Source of the DNA: Eledone cirrhosa
Lineage: Eukaryota
Assembly: GCA_964016885.1 (NCBI GenBank)
Contig: OZ024749.1
Span: 46,996,001-47,060,000 of the forward strand
DNA length: 64,000 nt
Reading direction: 5' to 3'
The notes beneath the pieces are model-generated. The model ran no database searches and was not told the origin of the DNA. It saw only the letters and a list, made by a program, of their open reading frames with translations. Made by a program: the position numbers and the translations under genes. This document shows, piece by piece, positions 45,548 through 61,157 of the stretch (its first letter is position 1; the number at the start of each line of letters is the position of its first letter).

Positions 45548-48500
45548 TGTGTGTGTGTGTATGTGTATGTGTGTGTGTATGTAATTCATACCATTAAAAT
45601 CCATTTCAGAATTTGGATGTGTATCAGTGATATTCTCATACGTCTAAAACTCATAGAGTTGTTAAATCCTATTTCGTTTAGCTTATGTGTTCCGAAAATA
45701 ATACCCTGCGATATATGAAAGGGAGTTTGAATGACGAATTTGATATCCATATTATTATCGTTGTCATATAATTCGTTTTTGATTTTCTCTTATTGTATTC
45801 TTCTAATACAATTTGGTGTTGTATCTCTTCCTTTCTTCTTCATTATAACTCATTCTCTTTTTGAATCAACTTTCCCAATATTCATTTATCTCGTTTCTTT
45901 TATGACAAAATCTATGGTAATTTAATCAGAGATTTAGGCATTGGAGTTTTAGTTAATTTAATCCTCTCTGGTAAATTGCATTATACATATGTATGAACTG
46001 AATCGAATCAAAAATCGGACAACAAAACCCATTTATTTCTAGCTGGTATATACATTCATGTTCTTCTTATTTTCCAAATTTAATACAATGCTCCCTGAAA
46101 TTCATCTCATTTCCTCCCAATTTCTACATTGGTTCCCTCCCTCTTTCTCACTCTCTGCATATATATGTGTGTAAGTATATATGTGTGTAATGAGTGTGTA
46201 TGTGTAAATATATGGGAAACATCTTCATTTTCCTCTCCACGAAAGCCTGTATACATGGATTTGGGCGAAGAAACCTTTCTAATCCGAAAACCTATTTCTC
46301 ATTTTCTCTGCATAATTGCATCAGCACTGATATCTTCACAAATAACTCTTTATTCAGCATTCTCATTTTGAGCTAAACAGTTACTTGAAGATAAACCTTA
46401 CAAAATATTCTCATATTGCCAAATAAAATAAAAAATATTTATTCTCCGTCGCACAGAAAGATATGAAACTTTTAAAGAATATCGATATCTGCATGTATAA
46501 AATGGCTTTATTATTGTTTAACATTTCTGTTTCATGATAATATAATACTGCATATTTGACAGGACATTGTATACAATGTTTTATAACATTAGTTATATCG
46601 CATTATATATCCTCTTGGTGTATAATATGACACTTCTTCTGTTGGTAATCCCGTAATTTAATATATTCTTTGAGGAATGAATTATTGAGATTTATAAAGT
46701 CATCTTTCTTATGATATGTCCATGTTGTTTTATATTTAGACCATTATATATTTATAGAAGTTAATTTAAATCACATAATATATTCTCGTCATCTTTCCAT
46801 CTCATGTTATCTACGTATATTAATCTATATATCATGCGGTTTTGTAGAAGTAAGGAATAATTATGGGAGGCATTAGCGTCTTCGATATGTAGTCTATTTT
46901 AACGCATGTGAAAAAATGTCTGCCTTAATGGTGATGAAGCATTACGTCTTATCTCTCCATTAGGGACACTCTAATGGAATGTATGAAAATAGTATCGCAA
47001 AATAACACTCGGAAAGATATTCTGAAGATTTACATATGTGAAATATGATACAGTATAGTAGTAAAGTATTAGAGAAAATGTGCCGCAATAGAAAATGTAA
47101 ATCGTAATTGAATTATTGAAATAATGAATGTATGAAAACATTTTGTCGTTATGATATTTGCAACTGCGGAGAACATATTCACTTTACTTAAAGAGGTTAT
47201 GCCAACATAAATGCCGTCACATATATCAATTTACCAAATTTGGTAGGCTATCAATCAAATGAAAATGTGTTCTATCTGAGTAAATGTTAATTGCTTCAAA
47301 GCATAATATTCAAACTTAGATTTAAATGGATCTGATATGTCAAATCACACATAACATCCTATTAATGACTTCAAAAGGTAAACAATATCAATGTGTTATA
47401 CAATATAAATAGAAAAGGTGTTCGAAATATCATGTAACAATGATGAAATATTTTTTCTGATTTATTAGCAGGCATATAGATCATTAATTGTTAATGTTAT
47501 AATGATAAGAAGATGATGGCATGTTTCCTTTGAGTGGGTTAACAGTTATCATATATACGGAAATAATATATAATAGACATTTGTTCGGTTTAGTAGGTAT
47601 ATATTTACATTTATATATTTGCCTCTTATGTATTACATAAAGGCTAAACGTACGTTTCTAATCTGCGGTTATGTTCTTCTTAATGTTGCTATTGTAGAGA
47701 GTCGCTTGAGCCCTAATGAAATAACACATGATGTAAGAGTCCACATCAATAAATACATATATCGCAAGTACAAAATGAAGATAGTGCAGCTCTTCAATTT
47801 ATACATATCACATTATCAAGGCCATGTACGTTTGCTCTCATATAATTAATAATATGTTGATTAAAACATAAAACGCCATTTAAAAGTTCGTTCGTTTGGT
47901 TAGTTGTGTAAAGCAGCATTGAATATATTAATACGTGATTAAATATATAGTTATTTCAAGAAAAGAAACTCTATATTCACGTTCACTTCCGAATATGAGT
48001 CTTCGAAATGTGTTATGACCTCTATTTATGTAGAAATATCTAACTTAATTAGCTATTACTTTTTGAAAACTTTCAAGATTATTTGGGATTGAGAATGTTA
48101 TCGTATATATGTTCAGCATTGACGTATTTCATGTTTGAGATCAGACGAACGGATGAAGAATACAATTACACAACTACATGTAAAAACACTTATGTACTCA
48201 TATGTGTATGTAGGATTACTTATATGCAAATATCAAATGAAAATATTCAGCAACTATCGGACAAAAGAAAAACAACAGATAATATATGATTTAAATAATA
48301 AATAAAGTATTCAACGAAAAAAATAATTATACGATTACTGATTAAGTTAAATCAGACTAAATGAAAGATTGTTTATTATATTGCATACGGAGAACCAGCT
48401 TTCGTTTTGTACTTCATATTTATCAAGATTTAATTTAAATATTTGGTTTCATCATTCATGGTATTCGTTATAAAACGTTAACAAGAAATAGAAATTTACT

Positions 48501-49084
48501 TGATAATGTTTATATTTTCATGTGTATCACTTATATTCAGAGAATTGTCATAGATGTACGAAAGAAGTGAGTGAGCAAAGAAAATCACGCAATACTTTAA
48601 TAAAAATAGACAAAATAGAACGTTGTGAAAACAAATGGTTTCGTAGGAAGAACTAGATTTTAATCTGAAAATCATGTATTGCTATGTTTACTGTTCCCAC
48701 TTATCCGAATTACAAACCCTCACAAGAATATGGCAACTATAATAGCAGTGACACAGATACTCAATTTAAAGAAGTATATAGATACTGCTATGTAGTAGAG
48801 ACAGGATATATTCTTGCCTACGGATACCATCGTTCAATATGTGGATACATTGATGTTTCAAACAAAAGTTTACTATATCAATTCAGAAAAATAAATCTAT
48901 ATTCTATCTAAACATAATTTAAATTTAAAAAATAAGGCAATGTTATTTTAGCTGAATATAGGCTACGAGAACTGACAGGAATTGATTCCTTTTGATCTAC
49001 ATATCTTTAAATGGCCATCCTTTAATAAAGCGTTTGTGTATGAAGAAATGTTTTCTATTTCTAAATATAGTTAAACCAGTTTGC

Positions 49085-49139
<55 letters not shown>

Positions 49140-49285
49140 CTAGAAATTGATTAACATATAAATTAACATGAATAATCACAGATAACGGACCTACTCGTTA
49201 GAATCTTGGAGCTTATTTTCCGGGTGATATGGCCCATGTCTTTCTGGCATGACACCCATAATTATGACACCCATAATTTACCCAT

Positions 49286-49772
<487 letters not shown>

Positions 49773-50204
49773 CACGAAAATCAACCAGCAAAATGAAATT
49801 ATCAACAGCATTGAGATAGTACATTTCAGCGTTTTGCCGGACGAGCGAGTAAATAATAGAAATTGATACTATAAAAAAACAAACTTCCGGGAAGTAGTCA
49901 ACCCTGTGAAAATCATAAGTTAGATGCAAGCGAGAAACTCCCATAATTTATGAAAACACACGCCAATCTCATAAGAGAATGTTGCCTTGATATCCACATT
50001 GAAACATAGTTGATATTGATAAACACATTTTTTCGTAATATTTCCCAAACAGGACGCAAATATTAAAAGATATGAAGAGACATGGTGCCAAACATTATGT
50101 GCCTAATATGTAGGGATATATTATATATTTGAATGTTGATGTGTATTTATTATACCACTGAACATTTGCAAAGACTTTCTAATGATTACATATATATATA
50201 TATA

Positions 50205-50702
50205 TTTCGTTTCTGAATTTATTTAGCAAGATTCTTTATCTGAACACGTGTGTTGAAACCGATTATGTTATGCTTTGGGAGGGTCATTTTGCCAATAAGA
50301 AACACACGCACCAGATGATTCACTTCAATTTCTTATAAATTAAATTCATCAATTTAGGAATTTAGGAATTTCCGGTTGGCTGGTCGGTTCCACAACCAGA
50401 CGATTGTTCATATATTGTCAAAGTTCTTTCGTCACACATTATGTGACCTGTTCACATGCTCAAAGTAAGCACACAACACACACAAATACAAGATGACGTA
50501 GCACATGACAAAGGAGAGGTACAAACACAGAAAATCCCCAGTCACTGAAGAGGTCACATAATGTGTGACCTAAGAACTTTCACAATATATGAACAATCGT
50601 GGTTCTGGAACCAACCAGCCAACCGGAAATTTATAAATTGAAGTGAAACATAGGGTGCGTGTGTTTCTTATTGGCAACATGACCCTCCCAAAGCATAACA
50701 CT
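50205..50702. mobile_element. Family D fold-back copy with tail
   Basis: Left arm on the minus strand to ~50450, right arm on the plus strand ~50452-50702; decayed HHR at 50541-50585. Confidence 0.85.
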
Positions 50703-50714
50703 ATATATATATAT

Positions 50715-51145
50715 CTCTTACTGCTTTCCCTTTTCTCTGTAACTCTCACCTCCGTTTACACCCTCTAACAGTCACTCTCTCTGTTAGCCTCTGTTAGCTT
50801 CTTCCTCACACTTTCACACACTCACTCTCTGCTACTCCCTACCCTACTTCCTCCCGTTTGACCTGTGCGAGATTATTTCCTCACGCACACTTTGACCAGA
50901 TCGGATGGTCTTTATTCTCAATCGTCTACGATTTCACAGAACTTATGTTCATCGATTTCAGGGACTTGACCCCTCTTTCCTCACTTTTCGTTGCATTACC
51001 ATGTTTAATCGTTTACTGTCTCGCTCGTTCGTTCCCCTGATTTACGTGTCCCAACGACTTTCTTTAGCCGTTGCTCGCACCAACCGGAGCGATGAAATAC
51101 CAATGAAGGTTGGAAGATCACTGATGAAGGACTAAATGTATTCAT
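50715..51145. mobile_element. Family F copy, truncated
   Basis: Homologous to 54630-55185; TA flanks. Confidence 0.75.
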
Positions 51146-51241
51146 ATATATATATATATGAATGAGGCACTACTTCTTTATATGCGAAATACTCCGCATG
51201 TATGTACGTATGCTTGTATATCTGTATGCACGTATGCTTGT

Positions 51242-51273
51242 ATGGCCATTGACTCTTAAGAGTCAATGGCCAT
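51242..51273. repeat. Perfect 32-bp palindrome
   Basis: atggccattgactctt|aagagtcaatggccat. Confidence 0.92.
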
Positions 51274-51695
51274 CCAAAATCACCGAGAGAGATTACCCCT
51301 TAGCCTTTGTCTAGGCAGAATTCTAGGAGAAGGAAAACTCTGATATAACACCTGCAACCCCGATGGTATCCAATGATGTTGACTTGTTCTTCTTTATGGT
51401 AAATATCATCTTGGTTAAGAGAGTGGGACTGGCTTTGTGCAGTGTCTTTGCTCACTATAAACGCTTCACGGCACAGGCATTGCTTTATATCTGGAGATCT
51501 CTCTGCACTTGTCGTCACGTGATACCATGGGCCCAGCACTATATGTCAATAATTGTCACAAGTGTAGTGTTTGTACCAGAGTTTTCAAGTCGCTGGCGGA
51601 ACTAAAAAGTCACACTCGTTCAGCGCATCGGTAGGGGTTCTCCTACATGTATATAAAGTAGTGGTCGTACTCGAAAACGAGTTGGCAGCCACTAT
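51274..51695 (+). mobile_element. Possible RTE-like 5' UTR-derived repeat
   Basis: ctaggagaaggaaaactctgatataa resembles a motif recalled from RTE 5' regions; GC content is higher than the flanks; unverified. Confidence 0.3.
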
Positions 51696-52367
51696 GTCTG
51701 TACGTATGTAAGTGTGTATGCATGTATACGATGCGTGTGTTTATTTGTGCATGCGCTTGTGACATGTGCATTTGAATAGTTTTAACTATGCTCGTGTGTG
51801 ATGCTGTATCACTGTTATCAAGATTAACTGGGAATTACGTTGAAAAATATTGATGAGAATTTACGATAAATCCGACATTATCAGACTAAATCATCATTAT
51901 TTGTGTGCGTAAAACTATGTCTACATTTATCATATTAATCTTTGCAATGTTCAATTCAAAAGTTAATTTCAATTCAGTCATGATATGCATAAGTTAAATT
52001 AGTTTCCTGATACTGATGTAAATTATTGTATCGCAGTTCAGTAGGCCAACTTAGCTAGTGTTGTCTTCAGAATGAGACATATAATAAGAATATATTTCGA
52101 TTGTATGGTTGGCGATTTTGAGAATTTTTCATCCGCAGGGATACAACAATCAATCATCAACTGTACACCTCTGTTCACATTTTGCTCTGTAATCAGAAGA
52201 CTTGAAACTCAACATAAATCAAAAAAGGTTTCTACCTTAAATTTTGAATTATCGTAGACTTGCAAACAGATTGTAGAATTTCCCACAATAGTGTTCACGT
52301 TCGTTTCATAAATGTATTCACTGCCTAATTAAAGGATCACATGGTATGGCATTTAATATTTATTATT

Positions 52368-52374
52368 TCTCTCA

Positions 52375-52464
<90 letters not shown>

Positions 52465-52469
52465 GTGTG

Positions 52470-52540
<71 letters not shown>

Positions 52541-52548
52541 GTCTCTCA

Positions 52549-52622
<74 letters not shown>
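52368..52622. repeat. (CT)n microsatellite
   Basis: Direct reading. Confidence 0.97.
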
Positions 52623-52630
<8 letters not shown>

Positions 52631-53046
52631 TTTTTTTAAATCTATTTCTGGCGGGATCGCTTTGGAAAATTAACTGTCCCATTGAGTTTGTCTCCTGATG
52701 AGTACGTTACTCGAGATTTATCCTTAATAGGATATCTCAAAATACGAACCAAACTATGGTAGGTATATAATTACAGTATGTACCCATTTCTTATAACTTT
52801 AAATTGATACCTAAATGTGTATGGTTGACGGTATATTTGGTCAGTTATTACATGCTATTGAAATGTTGATAAAATACTCTATTGTGGTCAACGGCGAAGA
52901 GGCTGTTTCGGTTATTTATCAAATATTTCTTCATAGGAGCCTTTATTCTTACAGCCTGGTCTAATTGATTTTTTATATGATTAATTATGCTAATTGGGAG
53001 AGGAAATAGTATATATTTTATCTGATTATTCTAAGGACATGATTTA

Positions 53047-53109
<63 letters not shown>

Positions 53110-53647
53110 GCATATGATGTGTGCGTGTGGGTGTGAATGTACCTGTGCGTATCTGTGTTTGTTTGTTTGTGAGATAAAACACAAGAAAATCGTATCAGAA
53201 AATATGTTAATTAGCATGCGACATGAGAGAAAACTGTGTAACAGTAGTTAAAGGTCAACTGATGAACATTAATGTGGCGTAATTTATGACTAGATCAGAG
53301 GCAAATCCAAAATTATATAATTAGATTCGTTGAGGAAGCGATATACTTTTCAATACACCGTCGATGGATGATATCTAAAATCTTTGTTACAGATACATGC
53401 ACTTAGTAAAAATATCTCTTATTTTGTTTATACTGGTAAGTCGTGTTCCAATATTAGGGGTCCGGTGTTAGTGATGTGGTGGCGTTTGATGCCATTGTTC
53501 CCGTGCATATTCTAATTTCCCTATTGAGTTTCCTAAAGGTTTGGTGTTTGAAATCAGTTGAAAGAATTGTCCTCCCTCTGGAGAATTATTTAAACATATG
53601 TATATATCAACACATAGACACACATACACACACACATACACCCGGAC

Positions 53648-53709
<62 letters not shown>

Positions 53710-53740
53710 TTGTGTGTATATATATATACATATATGTGTG

Positions 53741-53779
<39 letters not shown>

Positions 53780-53833
53780 CTACATGTATATACACACACA
53801 TATACATAATCACACACACACATACATATACAT

Positions 53834-53878
<45 letters not shown>

Positions 53879-54228
53879 ACATATATGCTCTCATAATTCT
53901 CACAATTTGAATGAAACAAGCGTGAAGATATTTTGCAGACAAAGCAATTTCATATACTAATGTCCTATCTAATTAATGTATTTTTGTTGTTCCATGGAAG
54001 ACTCCCGCATTATCCGATAATGTAATTGGTCTAGCAGAATGATTATGAATAAATATATTCACAGTATTTAATTGATGGCGCTTTCTGATTGTCACAGATA
54101 AGTTAGTAGAGACGAAAATCAATACTAAAATAATAAACTCTATATGAAAATAGAGCAGTGTCAGCGACACATTTACACAAACGAACTTACAAAGAGATCC
54201 ATATTGAAACAAATATGCATACACACAC

Positions 54229-54402
<174 letters not shown>

Positions 54403-54474
54403 TAGTATATATATATATTTGTTAGTATATATATATACAAATATATATGTTAGTATATGTATATATATTTGTTA

Positions 54475-54512
<38 letters not shown>

Positions 54513-54514
<2 letters not shown>

Positions 54515-55221
54515 AAGATCACTGATGAAGGCCCACTTTATTCATATGTAACACATTTGCAACTCCGCAGCACGTTTATTCTCATATTTACACAAATTTG
54601 TTTTCCCCGCTGCGACCCGTCTATTTCGTTCTTACTGCTTCATCTTTATCTGTATCTCTACCCTCTCTAACAGTCACACTCTCTCTGTTAGCCTCTTCCT
54701 CAACCTTCACTCACTCACTCTCTGTTACTACCTCTCCTCCTTCTCCTTCTTCCCATTTGACCTGTGCGTAATTCTTTTCTCTCGCACGCTTGTCCAGGCC
54801 GGTTGGCATTTTTTCTCTCTCGTCTACGATTTCACAGAACTTATGTTTATCGAATTCACGGAATAGACCCCTTCTGCCACCCGTTAAACCTGTGCGGAAT
54901 TCCTTCCTTGCTCACATTTCAACCAGGTTTGATGGTCTTTATTCTCTCTTGTTCACGATTTCACCGAACTTATATTCATGGAAACATGGAATTTGACTCG
55001 TTCTTCCTCACCTGTCGTTGCTTCACCATCTTTGTTTGTTTACACTCTCGCTGTTCCCTTTATTTACATGTCCCAACGACTCTCTTTAGCCGTTGCTCGC
55101 ACCAACCGGAGGTATATGGTCTTTAAAGCGAAGAAATACCGATGATGGTTGGAAGATCACTGATGAAGGACCACTTTATTCATATGCAACACATTTGCAA
55201 CTCCGCAGAAGTTTTATTCTC

Positions 55222-55223
<2 letters not shown>
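54513..55223. mobile_element. Family F element: 638-bp period with ~73 bp direct terminal repeats, inserted in (TA)n
   Basis: ggaagatcactgatgaagg.ccactttattcatatg.aacacatttgcaactccgcag at 54513 and 55151. Confidence 0.8.
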
Positions 55224-55311
<88 letters not shown>

Positions 55312-55378
55312 CTATATATGTATGTATTTATATATGTATATATATATTTATATATTTATGTATATATGCATATGTATT

Positions 55379-55417
<39 letters not shown>

Positions 55418-55714
55418 TTTATGATAATCACAATGTATATACTATATATCAGGAAGATTTATATATATATATATAATATATGTGTATATATAATTTAGGC
55501 TGCTATATAGTATATACATTGTGATTACCATAAATGATGATGACAGTCGAATAAACGGCGATTTAAGCAATCGTGATAGGCACCTAGATTATTCTGAGAG
55601 TCGCCATCCATATATCCTTTCTCTTTCTATCTCTCATACACATACACCCGACCCCCCCCTCTATCTCTATCTCTCTCAATATCTCTCTATTTCTGTCCTT
55701 ATCCATCTCTCTCG

Positions 55715-55799
<85 letters not shown>

Positions 55800-55882
55800 T
55801 ACATCGGTTGATCAATTAATCGACCGCCTGTAGTGTAAACGTGGGAGGTATACTTAAAATCATCGCACTCATTATAATATAT

Positions 55883-56315
<433 letters not shown>

Positions 56316-56321
56316 ATATAT

Positions 56322-56368
<47 letters not shown>

Positions 56369-57088
56369 AAAGCTTAGTAAAATCGAAGCTTTGGCTGTGG
56401 GCAAGCAAAGTCGACCTACAATATGAATAAGTTAGTAAATCACTCAATAAGGGTAGGTCATTAGAGTAACGACATACGTTTAAATAGCTTGACATATTGA
56501 ACATTGTGGTAGGCAAACCTAACACACAATACCAGAGCAACGAAAAAAACTAACAGCTTAAAAAAGATACACCTGGACAAATTAAACGATATACGTTTAA
56601 AGTGTTTCTGTGAAATCCGATATCAAATATCCGACTTACGTAACTAGCACGCTTGTGGTATTCCATGACAAACAGAGGATTCAATTCATCAACAGGAGTT
56701 CCGTCCTTTCAAAAAGTGAGGTGGATTGTAAATGCTGCCGCCATGAGCGAGCTGAACGCACATTTAGATATCACGTGTTATTTCCAACAAGGGAATCAAC
56801 CTTCTGTTTTGGCGGATCGATTTGAAGTGTTAAACAAAGGAAATATTATAATTTCCGCTAACATTCAGATTGAAGCACTCAACTATATGTTATTAAACAA
56901 TTACAAATAATTAACCAATCAACAGAATTGTCTAATTAAATTAATTAGTTAATTATTCAATCTAGGAGAAAATAATACAAGTGGAAGCTTAGTAAAGCCG
57001 AAGCTTTGGCTGTGGGCAAGCAAAGTCGACCTACAATACGAATGAGTTAGCAAAGCACTCAATACGGAATATTATAATTTCCGCTAAC

Positions 57089-57130
<42 letters not shown>

Positions 57131-58723
57131 TATATTCGGTATTCAATGATGCAATTCCCTTCTGGAGAGAGAGAGGGGAAAAGAAAGAGAGAGAGAAAGA
57201 GAGAGAGAGTGGGGGAGGTGAGAGAGAGAAAAAGAGAGATAAAGCGCTATAACATGGATTAAATTGCTATAAATTGCCTTCTTTAAAACCTGTTAAATTA
57301 CCCCTAAAATATGTAGAAAATATTTGGCACCAAGCATCGAACTAAAGGCCCCTTATCTAGATTATCGCCATGATTAGAAAGCTGAAATCAGAAATGTATT
57401 TGAATTTAGCATCAATGCGTCGAATCCCCGATTTGTTAACCTGATGACGAGTTTTTAAGTTCATAGTAAATTCAGGAAAATCAAAGAGAGACAATTAATG
57501 AATATACTGTTGCTTGCTAAATTAACAGCCACTATTATAGTCTAAACTACCACGTAGATGAGAAAGCGTACGCAGCGTTCACTACAACATATCGGAACTC
57601 ATAAATGTCATATCTTTCCTGACATCAATATCCGTCAAAATTAGAAAGTTAAATCAAATAGTTTTGTGTCAATGTGCGAATTTCAAGCACCCAAACTTAT
57701 ATTCCCATATGTGTGATGACTTCTCTGAGCCCCTTTGAATGAATGTATTAATAGATGAATATTTCCTGATAAAAGAGCTTTATTTGAGAGGAAAAGGTAC
57801 AGTATAATATTCAGGCCCTTCTTTAAACCTTTATTTAAATTATCTCCCATTTCCTTGCTCTCAAACTATCAGATGCCTGGAATCATATGATATTCACGTA
57901 TGTTTACCTTGTGATAGATAAGGCCAAGTTCCGAGTGTATGTAATGTTATAGGGGAGTTGATTGAATTCCATCCCGACTAAAACCAATGCGCAATGGTCC
58001 GGGGGTTCCAAATCTGGAGAAATTCAAATCCTATATTTGGGGAAATGTCGCCATGGAAATTGCAACTAATACATTATTGGATCGGCTTCACCTTCTGTAA
58101 TGATGCAGAATCATGTTGGTTTGTGTAGGTTATTTAATTGCTCACGATATCTATCTATGGTTTCAACCATTTGCAGTGCCTTATATTCAGCAGCATTGAC
58201 GCTCGATCCGAAGAAAGAGGTGTAGAAGCAAGATTACGTCCCCATTGCTCAATAGATCTAGAGCCCTCGCAGTTGCTGAAGATGCAGTGTGCATCCGAGA
58301 CTCAAAGAGTATTGCTTGTATCAGCCCTACATGTTTTCTGTTTACAGGAGGCATGGATCGGCTTCACCACATCGTAGATGAGATGTACCAAAAACATATT
58401 CGGATAATGTACTTAAAACATGGATCATTATTACAGATGTAAAATGACGTCCGCTCTTATGCACAACTCTTCACACCATGTGTCACATATATTGAAGCAT
58501 CGTTAAAATGGCATTAATTGACTCAGTAGTCGTATTAACTTATAAGTTCTGCAACTTTCGTACATCTTTAGCAATAGTATTTCATTTGGCTAGTACTCTA
58601 GAATCGCCACCACAAGCTTCCTGCTTTTTGTGAACGTTCATAACACACGATGGCACAGAGACAAACATTCATAGATTCATACAGACACACAGGAAATGTC
58701 CGAACTCTTCTTTCATACTTTCC

Positions 58724-58784
<61 letters not shown>

Positions 58785-58807
58785 TATATCTATGTATATA
58801 CATATAT

Positions 58808-58845
<38 letters not shown>

Positions 58846-58848
58846 CTA

Positions 58849-58887
<39 letters not shown>

Positions 58888-58899
58888 TTGTACATATAT

Positions 58900-59533
58900 A
58901 TTTAGCTAAGATATTTATCTCCCTTATTATGAAGCATTTTTCCCCAGCACATAATTATATTAAGATTTTTAATAGAAACAACATTAACATTTCTTACTCT
59001 ACGACTCCTAAACTTGCACATAACATCGGAGCTTCAAATTTAGCTAAATTACCTAGCCGTAGGAACACGTCCAACCCTGTAGCTAGTACTAACTGTAATT
59101 TTAGGAATCAGGTTGACTGCCACCTATCTGGGAAATGCCTCTCTAGTAACATTGTCTACAAATGTAACGTTGAAACACCTACGTCCCGTAGAGCCTACAT
59201 AGGGTTAACCGCCAATAGATTCAAGCAGCGTCTTTACATGCATGCCCATTCTTTTCTTACCCCTTTAAAAAGGAATATGACGTCACTTTCAGCTTATATC
59301 TGGAATCTAAGAGACAACCACACCCAATGTAAATTACACTGGGAGATCCTATTAGGGCTAAATCGTATTACGGAAATAAAAGACCATGTGACCTCTGCGC
59401 CGCTGAAGCCCTGGAAATACTCTACGCCAAATACCACATCTTAAACAAAACATCTGAGGCAATTTCGGCTTGTAAACATAAATTACACAAAACATTCCTG
59501 TATTACAGTTCCACATTATACCCTAATGGATAG
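58900..59533 (+). pseudogene. PLE linker plus GIY-YIG remnant, Hydra-clade-like
   Basis: [15 protein letters not shown](F)[45 protein letters not shown]; after a frameshift CDLC and CKH. Confidence 0.9.
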
Positions 59534-59716
59534 TACGAACTATATGGGGATATTTTACGTTTTGATGTGGTAGCTAAGTATATGTTATGTTTATACCATT
59601 ACTTATTTGTATAGGGAACGGTTCCACGAACCAAAGTATCCTCTTCCTGACTTCCTTCGGTTACAACAATTTTCGAAATATTTACATCTGCGTTCACAGA
59701 TGGATTTGTTTAGCTA

Positions 59717-59875
59717 CAGAAGATCCCGTTAAGGTTGAAAGCAGCGATTCTTTGCTTAAACTTTAATCTGTTATTTTAATAAATATCTACTCTACGGTTC
59801 TGATATATTTGATATATATTTATACTTATCCAGCCCTCTTTTGATTATAGTCTTCAAATTTATTATTATTACTAT
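59717..59875 (+). mobile_element. Family B pLTR and tail directly downstream of the PLE ORF
   Basis: cagaagatcccgttaaggttgaaagcagcg...caaatttattattattacta; same orientation as the ORF. Confidence 0.8.
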
Positions 59876-61120
59876 ATATACATATATATATATTTATTTA
59901 TAGCTGTGTCTTATGAATATGTATGTTTATTTATTCATAGAATTGTGCTTCTTTACGTTCTTGTAGTTTGTGTAAATTTGGCGTGCTTTGATTACTGTCT
60001 TCATTATCACCTATTTCTTCGTAAACAATGGAATTTATTTGCATTAATGCATTGGTCAGTCACCCCCACGTTAGTTTAATTCAATATCGAATAAAGAAGA
60101 TTTCATGCCACAATCATATAATCGTGCCACTGAAAATTTAAGTAATCTTAACGTTATTTGTATGTTTGCATATTTTCCTATTTCCTCCATTCTGCACAGT
60201 AAAAATATTGTTTTGTCTTGACACTTCTCGTAATTCAGGTTCTTTCTTAAGGTGGAGCATTTTCTTCGGATTCTTATGAATGTATTTTTAGATTTTACCA
60301 TGGTAATCAAATTATCACTCAACGTGTTGGTACGTGCATGGAAGCACAAACTAATTGAATTGTCAATTCTTGCAGAAAATCAGATTCATGCATTACATTC
60401 CTAAATCTGTTATGAGATGAAAATATAATTTAGCATACGGTTCCGTTATTATAGTTTTGTATATATTCATTTTTCTCACAATTTGCAGACTGAAAATGTT
60501 TTTTTTTAAATTACATTTGTTTAATATTTGTTTATTTTTTATGATATTTTGTGCATCCGTCTCTATTCATAATTATATTGTCATGTAGCGTGAACGAATG
60601 TCATTATGTATTGAATGTCAAACGAATTCAGAAGTTAAGATTGTTATAAACATTGTCCTAATTGCTTTAAAAACAGTCGATGCCATCGTTAAATCTTTAA
60701 CGCCTTTCTATACAATATTAAAGTTTTCTGTGGATATGTCTGTATTTAGACTTTCTGTGTCAACTCCTCTGCATTGTAACTCAATGGGAAACAAACCATA
60801 AAAGCCTAAACTTTAGGCCCTAAATAATAACCGTATTACAAACCTAATGAACGGATGAAAATTTCATATGGACGGCTATTACATAGTGTTTGTATGAATA
60901 TAGCATCGTCTAATTATGACTTTTTTGTGAACGCGGTGAACGTGGTATACATATAATACGCATATATAAATATATATATATATAGTAAATAGATATGAAT
61001 ATTAAATGTTGTACTACAAAATGACACGAAGTTTATTATATTATATACAATTTAGAATGAAACATATATTCTTCAAAATCACACATACACACATACCCCC
61101 CCCCCCATACACACACATAC

Positions 61121-61157
<37 letters not shown>

